This document shows positions 22,775 to 33,600 of a stretch of 64,000 nt of DNA, in pieces (position 1 is the stretch's first letter; each line of letters starts with the position of its first letter). A program made the translations under genes and the position numbers. The stretch comes from Babesia bigemina (lineage: Eukaryota): assembly GCF_000981445.1 (NCBI RefSeq), contig NC_027217.1:868001-932000 (forward strand), written 5' to 3'. The notes under the pieces were generated by a model. The model worked only from the letters and a program-made list of their open reading frames with translations. It did no database searches and was not told where the DNA came from.

Positions 22775-23877
22775 ATGCCGCGCCACGCGTGCTTCTTCGG
22801 GAAATACCTCAGGCTGAAAGGTAATCGCCGGCGCCGCTTCCTGCGTTACACGTTCGTTGCAGGCGAGGCTATCCGCAAGGGGTTCAAGAAGAACCAGATC
22901 ATACACCCGATCCCCGTCAAGGCCTACGGACGGGTCCCATCGGCAGCATCGCAGACAGGTGAGCGCCGGCCGCCTCGTGAGGCACGTCGATGCAGGCCTC
23001 TACCACGATGAGGACTTCAACTACTACTCCAAGGTCGCGTTCTCGCTCAAGCGCACCCGCGTGAAGCTGAAGCCGAACGTGTTCAAGAAGGACATCGAGT
23101 CGCGGCTCCTCAACGTCACCATTCCGAACGTGCGGGTGACCACCAGCGGTGGGTGGCTCGGACCTGTGACTCACCTGCCGCAGCGATACACGCCATGACG
23201 GCGGCCGGGGGCTTCGACAACTACATCCTGGACACCTCTCCGGAGCACCTGCGGTCGCAGCTGGGTGAGCGGATGCGGAGCGTCGCGTACTTCTACAAGC
23301 AGTTCCCTGACATTAGGGCGTTGCAGCTGCCGTGGAAGGTCTTCTACTCCGAGCACAGCAGGGCCGACCCCGCCTTCGCCATATACAAGCACGCCATGGC
23401 GAAGCAGCGCAGTGAGGAGAAGGCGGAGCGCGATCGACGGCGGTTCTCGCCCTTCTACCTGCCGCCATCCCATGGTAAGACCTGACCCTAAACCGTTGCA
23501 TTGCGATCAGGGCTCATGCCGGAGCGGCAGAAGTTCCGCACGCCTGGCTCGGGTGACGGCGCGGCTGCCGGCGACCCTACGGACACGTCGGACGTCGATG
23601 CTGGGGCAGGCGCAGCTGCCAGGAAGCTCGACCTGTGGTGGAAACAGGAGGGCCGTGAGGCGGAATTCCGCCTCCGTCTGGGTGAGTCACACGAGCGATG
23701 ATGCCACAGTTTGCCGCAGGGCGCGCAACCGGGTTCGACGCGGCGCACGTGGACGTCGACATGCAGGGAGCGTACCGCAAGGGCGGCGCACGAGGCGGCG
23801 GCGGCCCCCACGGCAAGTCCGTCAGGCGCCGCAGCAAGACCTTCCATCCCATACACAGACACATTACGCATAAATAG
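22775..23877 (+). CDS. MRPL28: Mitochondrial ribosomal protein bL28m (5 exons)
   Basis: Spliced SQT|GLYHDED..SLKRTRVKLKPNVFKK..VRVTTS|AIHAMTAAGGFDNYIL matches the L28 core. The basic N-terminus is compatible with mitochondrial import. Confidence 0.88.
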
Positions 23878-23881
23878 TTCG

Positions 23882-26800
23882 CTAAGGAAACATGATCGGT
23901 GAGAGGAGCGGCGACGTTGGCGACAGCAGCCCGAAGCTGGGCGTCGACCGCATCCCGTAGCTGCGTTCCGTAATTGGCGTAGCCGTGGAGACCTGGTACT
24001 CCCCCGACTCGCTCAGCACATCCGGTTCGACCTCCACGGACTCCGCGACGTCGTCGTCGTCGACGTCCAGCTTGGTGCCGGGGGTCGAACGCGGTCGCAT
24101 CATTCCCACGCTGGGGGGCAATGCGCGCACACTTGATTTCGTGAAGGTGCGGACGACAATGGGCGACACATCCAGGTGCGACTCGGGCGACCCCGCCGAG
24201 GTGGCGCGGGTCTCCGACGACACCAGGCGGTCAATGGACTTGACTGGACGCTGGCGCGTCACTATACAAGTTGACGACGGCTGGTGGCGCTCCTTTCGAG
24301 CGACTGCACCACCGGTCAACGACACTAGATCCACATGGGAACACTTGCGACGGATAATGTTGAGGCACCTGTCGATGCCGTCGATGTCCTGGCAGCCCGC
24401 CATCGCCCTCATCGTGATGGCGCTGCCCAAACCAACAACCTGCAGGAACTCGAATATTTTCGCCCGAAGCTCCTCCGGCACGTCTATGGGCGTCAGCAGC
24501 GCCCCCACTTGCGCGTGCAGCAGCGTGCTGTTGACGTGCCCCTCGTAGCTGCGGAACGTCTTGGTCAGCTCCACCAACTCCGTTATGAAATCCCAGTTGC
24601 TGGGCCCCTGGAGCGCGTAACGCATCCCGGAGAGCAGCAACGCGTTGATGGACAGCTTCTTGCGGTCCACCGCGGTTTTGGCGCCCTTGCCCATCAAGGT
24701 GTCAACGAACCGGTGTCGCAGCTCCGCGCAGCAGTCGCGGGCGCCCGATTCGTACAGCCCGATCATGGCGAAGAGGAGCAGCGATATCAGAATCTGGTCG
24801 TCAAAGTTGGCCAGGAACCGCAGGTAGACCTCCGCAGCGGCCGCGATCGGCGCGCACAACGAAATCGTCTGCAACAAAACCAAAACCGACACCCCGCTGC
24901 AGTACAGCCGTGCTGAGAGCACCTTCGTGAACAACGTCACGATGGAGAGCACGCAGTCCAGCGGGTTCATCGTGAAATACGACTCGCAGTAGCCGGCGAC
25001 GTAGACGTCGGCGATCGTGTACCCCTTGGCGGCGCCCGGCGGCGGCGCTGCGGCGTTCCTCATGTGCGACGGCTTCACCAGCTGCAGAAAATGGAGCAGT
25101 ATCCGGTACATTTCGAGCTCCGATTCGTGCGGCACCTCCTCCAAACCGCCCGCCAGCGCCGATATCTGCACCAGGGACGCCATGGAGTGGAAACACACGA
25201 ACAGCGTAAAGTCCGAGCTGGAGTCGTGCGCCACGGCCGCGATCGACTGCAGCAGCACGTCGCGCAACTCGCCAAAAGCACCATCCACTGACGGCTGCGA
25301 CGTCTTCACACACCGGTACAGCTCAGCCTCGAACAGCACATACCCGATGGTGCACCAAAGCATGCGTTCGTCGGCAGCCTGGGCACGCAAATTTTTGATG
25401 ATCAGGGGGATCAGGATTCCGGGCACATCCAGCTCGAGCGGGAAGAAGTGCAGCAGGTTCATCACGCAATGCAGCAGGTTCTTGCCCGACTCGGACTCCG
25501 ACGAGAGCTGCTTCGAGAGCACCCTGTACAGCGACGCCACGTTCAACTTGGCTTCCTCGCTGTGCGCGTAGACGTTGTACAGACACCGCACAGCGAGTCG
25601 TATCGAGTCTATCGTCTGCTCGTCGCCGTTGTCGCTGTCGACGAGATACTTCAGGACGTCAGCCACGGCATTGACCAGCCCGCCGTCGAGCGGCAGCCCC
25701 GTGCGGTGCAGCAGGGCCGTGGCCTGCTCGAGCAGCTGGAGCGCCGTCTTCATATGCGAGGCGTTCGCACGGTACAACCGCAGGAAGACGGGCGCGTACG
25801 ATATCACCGTGCCCACGGCTTCCAATTGCTGCTCCGTGAAGGCAGTGGCGTCCGCCAGCAGGTGGTCGAAGCTGGCGAGCGTTATGTGCAGCAGCAGCTG
25901 CTGGCAATTCGCGTCCAGGCGCGCCTTGACGCTGGCCACGTCGCCGCCCTGACACAGGAAGCGGACGATCCCAGCAACGTCTTCGAAGAGGTGGTTGTGG
26001 TTCCACAGGCTGCCGACGAGGTTGGTGACGAACGCCTCCGTCGCCGCGATGCACGCTGCCAGGCGCGAGAGCTCCATGAAGCACTGGTAGAAGTTGCGCA
26101 CCTTGGAAGTGGACTCGTCCGATATGACGAGCTTGGTTTGCCGTCCCACGACGGCGGGATGCGGCACGAGCATGTTGCGATATTTGGAGCGGAGGCCGTC
26201 GGTCCGGATCTGGAAGACCAACGAGAACCCGTGGATGGGCACGGACGGCAAAAACACGGACGCTATGAGCACCCCCAGCGTGGAGTTCTTGTTCTTCGAC
26301 AGCGACTCGACGAGGCGCAAAAACAACTTCTCGCTGCGGTGGCTGAAGACCGCACTGCGGTCGTAGTTGAAGTGGACGTCGCGCAGCAGCAGCGCCTCGA
26401 TCGCCTCGCAGCTGTCCGCCAGGCCGCTGTTGACGCACGATTCGTGCAGCGACAGCAAAATGCCAAACTCCTCCTCGCCCAGCCTCCGCTCGACCAGGCC
26501 CAGGTACCGCAGCAGCAGCAGCCTGGTGCACTCGTCCGTGGCTGGGAGCAGCCGGTACGTAAAATCGACGTACGCGGGGCTCGAAAAAATCTGCGGGTTC
26601 AGCAGCACGTTGTTGCCGAGCGAGAAGGCGGCGGAGACGCGTATGTCAACCAAAACGTCCTGCATCTTCGAGGCGAAGTTCACGTCGTACAGACACTTGA
26701 GGAAGCTCAGGATCGCCCTCTGGCCGCGCTGCGCAAGCAGCAGCTTCTTGTACAGCTCCAGGCTTGACTTGCTGACCGTCACCCGCACACGAGAGTCCCG

Positions 26801-28048
26801 GCCATGCACGCGCTCGTGCGTCCGCTGGTCCATGTCGATCTCCACCTGCAGCTGCTTCGCGAAGACGCGCTCGTTTTTGGCCAGCGAGTTCAGCTTCACG
26901 AGCAGGCTGCTGACCACGTCGTTGCACGCTATCAGCGCGAACTGGCGCACGGCGCGGAAGCCGATCATGCTGAGCGCGCAGATCCACTGCAGCGCGTGCA
27001 GCAGCTCGCCCACGCAGACGGCCTCCGCCTCCAGAACCAGTTGCTGGAAAAACTCCTTGAACAGCATGTAGGCCCAGTTGTGCTTGCCGAAGCCGATGAC
27101 CCAGCCGTCCTGCGCATCCAGAGCCCTTGTCAGTGGCGCCACGCGCTCCACGCAGAGCTGGTAGAACTTCCTCGAGAGGCACCTGGAACGCCGGTCACTA
27201 AACAGGTCGCTGTTCTTGGGGAAGAAGAGGGTGTCCGGCTCGATAGCGTGCGAGGTGCACTGCGAGGAGCAGTGTCGCACGATATCCGAGTAGTTGGCCC
27301 CGGATGGCAGTGACGTGAACATCTCCCGGAAGCTCCACCAACTGAAGCTGTCGTACGTCAACCGCACGTCCCTATCGTCGTCGTAAAAGCCACTCTCGCA
27401 CGGATCGGCCCCGGCGAACGCGTGTGTTGGCGAGTGGTTAGCCGATAGTGGGTCATGTGGGTCACAAATCGGCGAAGCGCCGCCGGCGTGTGAGCTCGGC
27501 CGTCTGCCCACCGAGCCGTCCATTACACTATAATAGGGCTCGCTGAGACCATCCGGGGAAATATCCATGTCCTTCATTCCCCCCGGCGACGACATTTCCA
27601 TGATAATTGGCGCGTAGTCCCTGCGACGTCGGTCGGATTCCATGGCGCTGAACGACGACTTCCTGCTGGCGACTCCGCTGCACAAGTCGTGCGCCTGCAC
27701 GACTTCGGAGGAGATCGAGGAGTGCTTGAAGCCGGCGCACTCGCAGATGAAGCTCAGGATGTCGGCGATTGCCACGTGGCGTTCGGCGGTGCTCATCGTG
27801 AGCAGCAGCCGCTGTAGACACGTGGAGAGCTTGGCATGTTTCCGCATTATCACGATCTCGAAAAGCCGTGACGTCACGGGAACCTCGGAATGGGCCTCTC
27901 TCACGCGCATCTGCGGTGCCCGCTGCGCGCGGCGGCCGCGCGAAACGGCCGTGTCGCAGTAGTCTTCGTCATCCGAGTCGTCGTCGGAGCCCGCGCTGAT
28001 GGTGATCTCCGACGGCCGCGCGAGCGAAAACGTACGAGGTCCCGCCAT
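23882..28048 (-). CDS. SCC3: Cohesin subunit SCC3/STAG (stromal antigen)-like HEAT protein
   Basis: LQWICALSMIGFRAVRQFALIA resembles the STAG domain (W...LS.S..RAFRH.AT), and KMQDVLVDIRVSAAFSLG..NPQIF...Y resembles the SCD (RYRDV...IR..C...LG.W...P..F). First ATG is 28048. Confidence 0.75.
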   Translation of the reverse strand: MAGPRTFSLARPSEITISAGSDDDSDDEDYCDTAVSRGRRAQRAPQMRVREAHSEVPVTSRLFEIVIMRKHAKLSTCLQRLLLTMSTAERHVAIADILSFICECAGFKHSSISSEVVQAHDLCSGVASRKSSFSAMESDRRRRDYAPIIMEMSSPGGMKDMDISPDGLSEPYYSVMDGSVGRRPSSHAGGASPICDPHDPLSANHSPTHAFAGADPCESGFYDDDRDVRLTYDSFSWWSFREMFTSLPSGANYSDIVRHCSSQCTSHAIEPDTLFFPKNSDLFSDRRSRCLSRKFYQLCVERVAPLTRALDAQDGWVIGFGKHNWAYMLFKEFFQQLVLEAEAVCVGELLHALQWICALSMIGFRAVRQFALIACNDVVSSLLVKLNSLAKNERVFAKQLQVEIDMDQRTHERVHGRDSRVRVTVSKSSLELYKKLLLAQRGQRAILSFLKCLYDVNFASKMQDVLVDIRVSAAFSLGNNVLLNPQIFSSPAYVDFTYRLLPATDECTRLLLLRYLGLVERRLGEEEFGILLSLHESCVNSGLADSCEAIEALLLRDVHFNYDRSAVFSHRSEKLFLRLVESLSKNKNSTLGVLIASVFLPSVPIHGFSLVFQIRTDGLRSKYRNMLVPHPAVVGRQTKLVISDESTSKVRNFYQCFMELSRLAACIAATEAFVTNLVGSLWNHNHLFEDVAGIVRFLCQGGDVASVKARLDANCQQLLLHITLASFDHLLADATAFTEQQLEAVGTVISYAPVFLRLYRANASHMKTALQLLEQATALLHRTGLPLDGGLVNAVADVLKYLVDSDNGDEQTIDSIRLAVRCLYNVYAHSEEAKLNVASLYRVLSKQLSSESESGKNLLHCVMNLLHFFPLELDVPGILIPLIIKNLRAQAADERMLWCTIGYVLFEAELYRCVKTSQPSVDGAFGELRDVLLQSIAAVAHDSSSDFTLFVCFHSMASLVQISALAGGLEEVPHESELEMYRILLHFLQLVKPSHMRNAAAPPPGAAKGYTIADVYVAGYCESYFTMNPLDCVLSIVTLFTKVLSARLYCSGVSVLVLLQTISLCAPIAAAAEVYLRFLANFDDQILISLLLFAMIGLYESGARDCCAELRHRFVDTLMGKGAKTAVDRKKLSINALLLSGMRYALQGPSNWDFITELVELTKTFRSYEGHVNSTLLHAQVGALLTPIDVPEELRAKIFEFLQVVGLGSAITMRAMAGCQDIDGIDRCLNIIRRKCSHVDLVSLTGGAVARKERHQPSSTCIVTRQRPVKSIDRLVSSETRATSAGSPESHLDVSPIVVRTFTKSSVRALPPSVGMMRPRSTPGTKLDVDDDDVAESVEVEPDVLSESGEYQVSTATPITERSYGMRSTPSFGLLSPTSPLLSPIMFP

Positions 28049-28414
28049 TGTGTGCGGAAAGCCCCCCGTGGAAGCTCGGAATACAGGCAGAAACGGCAAG
28101 CGGACGCTCGCGGAACGGGATCGGTGGTGTTCGTGCTCAGCGCAGTCTGAGCGCTGAGGATGACGCCGCAGGCTGGGTATGAAGTGTGCGCCTTCCGTGC
28201 ATCAGAAATGGCCGCAGCGAGGCGGGCGAGGAGCTTTCCTCGGTGGAAGGCGCACCCCATGGTGTCTGGGTGTGTACGACGGCGCGATGTGCGTCACGCC
28301 CATACAGCATTTCGGGCGCCGGCACGGTCCTTGAAACGCCCGCATTTCGAGCGCTCGCTAAGGCGCCTCAAGTACGGCCAGGGAGCCGAGCCACAACGCG
28401 ACACTCGGGCGAAC

Positions 28415-30643
28415 ATGACGGGCTCGGTCAAAGACATGATCCGCTCCGTCCGGAGCTGCAAGACGCCCGCGGAAGAGCGGGCGGTCATTGCGCGCGAGTG
28501 TGCGGACATCCGTAGCGCGCTGAGCAGCAGCTCGTCGTCGGAGCGGCGGAAGAACATCGCCAAACTGCTGCTGATACACCTCCTGGGCCACTCGACCAAC
28601 TTCGGCCAGGTGGAGTGCATAAAACTGGTCGCCTCCAACAAGTTCATCGACAAGCGGATGGGCTACCTCGCGCTGAGCCTGCTGCTCACCGAGGACACGG
28701 ACGTGCTGACGCTGGCCATCAACTCCATCAAGATGGACCTCAACGGCACCAACCCCTACGCCGCGGAGGCCGCGCTGACGGCGCTGTCGAACATCGGCAG
28801 CCGGGAGATGTTCCAGGAGCTGTTCTACGACCTGGAGCGGCTGATGAAGTCGCCCGCGGTCAACGTGCGCAAGAAGGCGGTGGTGTGCGCGGCGCGCATG
28901 CTCAGGAAGCTGGGACAGGCCAGCCTCATACCAGGCCCGGAGGCGCTGGAGGTGGCCACCAACTACGTGCACGTGGTGCCAACGCTGCTCGGCGACCCTA
29001 ACCACGGCGTGGTCACGGCGGCGCTCTCCATTCTCTCGGTGCTGATCGACTACTTCCCCCAGTGCTGCAACTTCCCCTCGATATACGAGCTGCTCGTCAA
29101 GACCCTGCACCTGCTCTGCAACGAGAGCACCGGGGGCTTCGGGATGATGTTCGGCGGCGGCAGGGAGTACGAGGTCAACGGGGTCAACGACCCGTTCCTC
29201 AAGGTGAAGCTGCTCGCGCTGATCAGGCGCGTCTTCGCCAAGTCCCGCGACCAGGTCCCCGGCAACCAGCAGCTCTACGACATCGTCGTGCAGGTCGTGA
29301 AAACGGCCACCATCTCGAACAACGCGTCCAACTCGTTGCTCTACGAGTGCGTGCGGACCATCTACAGCGAGGTCCACGACCCCAAGTTCAACCAGCTGGG
29401 CAAGGACGTGGTGGAGAAGTTCATCTCCACCAACGACAACAACGTCAAGTACATCGCGCTGGGCATCCTGAACAACCTCGTTGACGTCTCGCTGACGGTC
29501 GGCGACAACTACTGGACGATCATCGTCCAGTCGCTCCGCCAGCCGGACATATCGATCCGCCGCCGCGCCCTCGAGGTCGCGCTTAAGCTCCTCTCGCGGG
29601 AGACGCTGAAGCCGCTGATGCAGCACCTGTACGACTTCCTGATCGCCTCCAGCAACGACCTCAAGCGCGAGAGCATAACGAAGATCGCGGCCGCGCTGGA
29701 GCAACACGCGGAGTCCGACTTCCAACGACTAGAGATCATGGTCAAGATCTTTTCAATCGCCGGCAACTGCGTGCCGGACACCATACTACACTCATTTATC
29801 GCAGCGGTGGGAGCCGCGACGGCTGACACGCAAATCCGTATCACGACCAAGCTTTACTACCTCCTCTCCAACAACCTGGGGCAGGACGCGCTGGTGCGTG
29901 CGGCGCTCTGGTGCTTCGGCGAGTACGCGCACATGCTGCCTGAGCTGGAGAAGGTCGACGTGACGCCAACGTCCTCTGTGAGGCCGACAACGGACGCCCC
30001 TGCAGAGGTCAGCCAGCCCGTCAGTGACAACCTCATCGACGTGTTCGACAGCTCCCCCGTGACCGAGCCGGTCAAGGTCGCCTCGGACCCGTTGGCGATC
30101 GGTGAGGAGTGTGCCAGCACCGCGGCGAACATAGCCTCGGCGGTGGAAGCGGTTGGGAAACATGTGCTCACGTGCTCGGCGACGGCCACCGAGTCCTGCA
30201 CCAACGGGGAGTACCTGCTCACGTGCGCCGCATGGCTGGTCTGCCGGCTGCCCTCGCAGAGCGAACGGATGGTCCGCCTGATCCGCAAGTTCAAGAGGCA
30301 CCCCAACACCGAGCTGCAGCAGCGGGCGTGCGAAATGGACGTTATCCGTGAGCTCGGCGCCCTGCCGGTGCTGCTGGGCATCGGGGGCGGCAAGATGCCG
30401 GACACGCTCTGCACGCCCGCCGCGGGGGCGGCCACCACGGCCTCGGAGCTGCTGCTGCCGCGCGAGGCGATCCAGCCACGCGCCGCCAACGACGACCTGC
30501 TGGGCCTCACGGAGCTGCCGTCGCCCAAAACGCAATCTAAGAACCAGCTGGAGACGCTGGACTTTTTATCATTCGAGTACAACACGAGCTCTGAGAAGAC
30601 TACCAAGGCTAACGATGAGTTCGGGCAGTTCGACCCGTTCTGA
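28415..30643 (+). CDS. AP1G1: AP-1 complex subunit gamma (gamma-adaptin); trunk plus hinge, no detectable ear domain
   Basis: MTGSVKDMIRSVRSCKTPAEER, FGQVECIKL, KRMGYL, EYEVNGVNDPFLKVK, DNNVKYIAL, DISIRRRALE and ELQQRACE are gamma-adaptin trunk motifs. Confidence 0.95.
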   Translation: MTGSVKDMIRSVRSCKTPAEERAVIARECADIRSALSSSSSSERRKNIAKLLLIHLLGHSTNFGQVECIKLVASNKFIDKRMGYLALSLLLTEDTDVLTLAINSIKMDLNGTNPYAAEAALTALSNIGSREMFQELFYDLERLMKSPAVNVRKKAVVCAARMLRKLGQASLIPGPEALEVATNYVHVVPTLLGDPNHGVVTAALSILSVLIDYFPQCCNFPSIYELLVKTLHLLCNESTGGFGMMFGGGREYEVNGVNDPFLKVKLLALIRRVFAKSRDQVPGNQQLYDIVVQVVKTATISNNASNSLLYECVRTIYSEVHDPKFNQLGKDVVEKFISTNDNNVKYIALGILNNLVDVSLTVGDNYWTIIVQSLRQPDISIRRRALEVALKLLSRETLKPLMQHLYDFLIASSNDLKRESITKIAAALEQHAESDFQRLEIMVKIFSIAGNCVPDTILHSFIAAVGAATADTQIRITTKLYYLLSNNLGQDALVRAALWCFGEYAHMLPELEKVDVTPTSSVRPTTDAPAEVSQPVSDNLIDVFDSSPVTEPVKVASDPLAIGEECASTAANIASAVEAVGKHVLTCSATATESCTNGEYLLTCAAWLVCRLPSQSERMVRLIRKFKRHPNTELQQRACEMDVIRELGALPVLLGIGGGKMPDTLCTPAAGAATTASELLLPREAIQPRAANDDLLGLTELPSPKTQSKNQLETLDFLSFEYNTSSEKTTKANDEFGQFDPF

Positions 30644-30651
30644 ACGAGCCG

Positions 30652-33600
30652 CTACATGAGGAGCGCGGGGTAGACGAAGCCGATGATGAACAGCCACACC
30701 GCTAGCAACACGCATATAGCCGCGTTAACCTGACCGTGATATAATAGATGCGGTAGCGTAAACTCACGTATAGCGACAGCACGCCGAAGTCGAACCCGAG
30801 CGACGTGTGGGCGAACCAGTCGTTCCACTGCCGGCCCTCGCGCGGGGTCGGGAGGAAGGGCTTGCAGTTCGGCTGGCCTCGACCAAGCCCCACCTGACGC
30901 ACAATCAACATATGCCTGATGCGCGTAAACCTACCGGGCTGCATGACGCCTCGGCCTGGGTCATCACCTGAACGGTCACCTTGACGGTGCCGACGGGGCG
31001 CGAACTCGAGGAGTGCACCAGCGGCAGGTTCCCGGACAGCTCCACGCGAGTTGACGTCGCCGACACGATCTCCACGTAACGACGCAGCTCCAAGGTCGCC
31101 TCTCCCACGAACGTCGGCGGACCCACCTTCCAGAAGTCGAACACCGCCAGCTGCAGCTGGCACGCCCCCACCGGCGAGTGGATCTGCGGGTACACCAGCC
31201 GCCAGTTGAATTGGCTGGAGCCGGAGTCGCAGTTGTAGTGGATGTCGGTGCGCTGCTCCAGCGCGCACTCGCCGCGGTAGCCCTGGCAGTCCAGCGTGGA
31301 CACCACGTAGAGGTCCAGCTGGTCCTTCTTGCGAGCGTCCTCAGGCGTCGCCGCCAGCCGCACGCCGGAGGTCGACCACACCACCACGCGCAGCTCGGCC
31401 ACCGAAGGCGAGCTCTTGGCGAACGAGAGCGGCCGCAGAGTGGAGAACAGCTCGATGGGACCCAGCTGCACGATGACGTCCAGGGAGCCGTGCACGTTGT
31501 TGTTGCGGTCACGCAGCAGCACGCGCTCCACGGGGACCAAGTCGTTGCGCAGCATGCGCTGCCACGCCTTGCTGTACCACCGGTTCTCCAGGTCGATCTG
31601 CGCCGAGGCGATCAGCTCGTCCTCCAGGCTGCTGTCGAGGCGCTCGAACGAGTTGACCACGCGCAGGCGGATCACGCTGTCCTCCGGCAAAAAGATTTCC
31701 TGCTCCCACGTGCGGTGCACCTCCTTCGAGATGGCGCTGCGATCGCACGACAGAGGCTCGCGGGACTCGGACTTCCCGATCTCGACCAGCAGGGAGAGCG
31801 ACCCCAGCGCGTCGCAGTCGGGCACGGTGTTGATGGCGGCCACGACGCAGAACCGCAGCTTGTGCAACGAGTTGCGCAGCCCGCCGCGGAAGACGCGCAG
31901 CATCTTGGAGGCGCTGGTGGCGACACCCGAGAGCGCCTCCGGGTACGACCGCTGCACCTGCTCCTCCCCGGCATGCCGCACCGTGAGGAAGTACTTCATG
32001 GTGACGTTATCCATGCAGTCCTGGTGCGCGGCCTTCCCGTCGATGACGCGAGCGCCGACTGGAGGCACCGGGTGGATGGATTTCACGGTGAACGGGATGT
32101 CGCGGAGCACCGCGTCGAGGTACTCGGCGGCGCCGCCAACCGACGTCGAGGTGGCGCCGGCTTCCGCCTCCTTGCCGTCGCACGCCACGACGAATCGGGG
32201 CGGCACCTGCATTCCCACGCGTTCGAACGTCATCGATCGCAGGAGACGAGCATAGGCGCGCGAAGACTCGAAATCGCAGATCACGGGCGGCACCCCGTCC
32301 AGAGGCCGCGTGGCGCCGTCCTGAGGGCAGCTGTCCTGCAGCGTCAGCACGTCATGCGAGGACCGCAGCGCGAGGTCGTCCAACAGCCTGGTCATGCGGC
32401 GCGGCACCAGGGCGCAACGCATATCCAGCGCCATGGGCAGGTCCACGTCGGCTGCCGCCCCACCCGAGGGTGCGTGGCACCGGAAGCTGTGGTAGCCAAT
32501 CAGCCGGCCAACCGCGCCCCCGTACATCGCGTAGCAGTAGAACTCGACGTGAGGGTCGAAAAACTGGTCGATGGGGATGTGGAAGGATCCCTCCAGGACC
32601 GTGAACAGGTCCACGTTCAGCCGGCCGCCACGCTCCCATTTAGATTGGCCCAGAGGGCACTGCCGCTCGAATACTTGCTCGCACTCCACGTTGACGCCGT
32701 ACGACTGCGAGCTCAGCCGCAGCAGCAGCCCGTCCAGCGGGTGCATGGCGCCAACCATCAGCTGACGCAGCCCCATGAGGCCCAGGGCGACCGTGCACCG
32801 GGTTGTTAGGTGGGCCATCGGGCGCTTGGGCACCTTGGGGGCATCCTCGCTCGCAACCAGCTCGGTGAACACCGCAACCCTGCTTCCGCCGGACAGGTGC
32901 AGCCACGTCGGGGTCGCGCTGTCCCGCGCTTGCGCGTGGCCGGAAGCCGACCTGACCAAGCGGTTGTAGACGGTAATCGCGGACTCCACGCGTAGCAACT
33001 TCCGACGACTGTCGAAGAACATCAGAGACACTGTGACAGGCGGCGGCGGCACCATCCGGCTCGAGGTCAGCGTCGGCGCAGCCACCGGGATGACGCAGCA
33101 CTCGGAAAACACGGGGAAGCGCGTGAAGTTGCGCTGCACCCGGGTAACCACGGAGCCGCAGTCACACGACACCATCACCGCGACGCCCGAGTGCGGCGCC
33201 GTGCTCAGCTGCGCGCAGTAGACGTAGCAGCGGAGCTCGTAGTCCTGACGCAGCATCGACACCATGCGCGGACGGGACGAAGTGCGGATGTCGTTGCCAA
33301 CCCCGACGCTGCGGGACATGCTTGTGTAGAAGGAGTGCTTATGTAGCGTCATGAGCACGTTGACGGTTGCGCCCGGGTCGCACATGTCACCGCGCGTTGG
33401 CCCGTTGGCGTCATCGGTGGGCTCCGCAGCGCCCGGCTGGACGCTCGTCGATGTCGGCCGCGACGCACCCGTTCTTCTTGAGCCCGCTGGCGCTGTCTTC
33501 AGCGCTTGATTTCTCTCATCCGGTCGCATTTTCTGCTTGGCAGGGCCAGCTTCAGACGTTGAGCGGTTCTTGTCTTGCGATGGCCGCCTGGAAGCGATCC

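Noticed and set aside
28160..28414. 85-aa N-terminal extension of gamma-adaptin in the ORF track
   Set aside because: Family similarity begins at Met 28415; the upstream frame lies in the GC-rich divergent promoter shared with SCC3.
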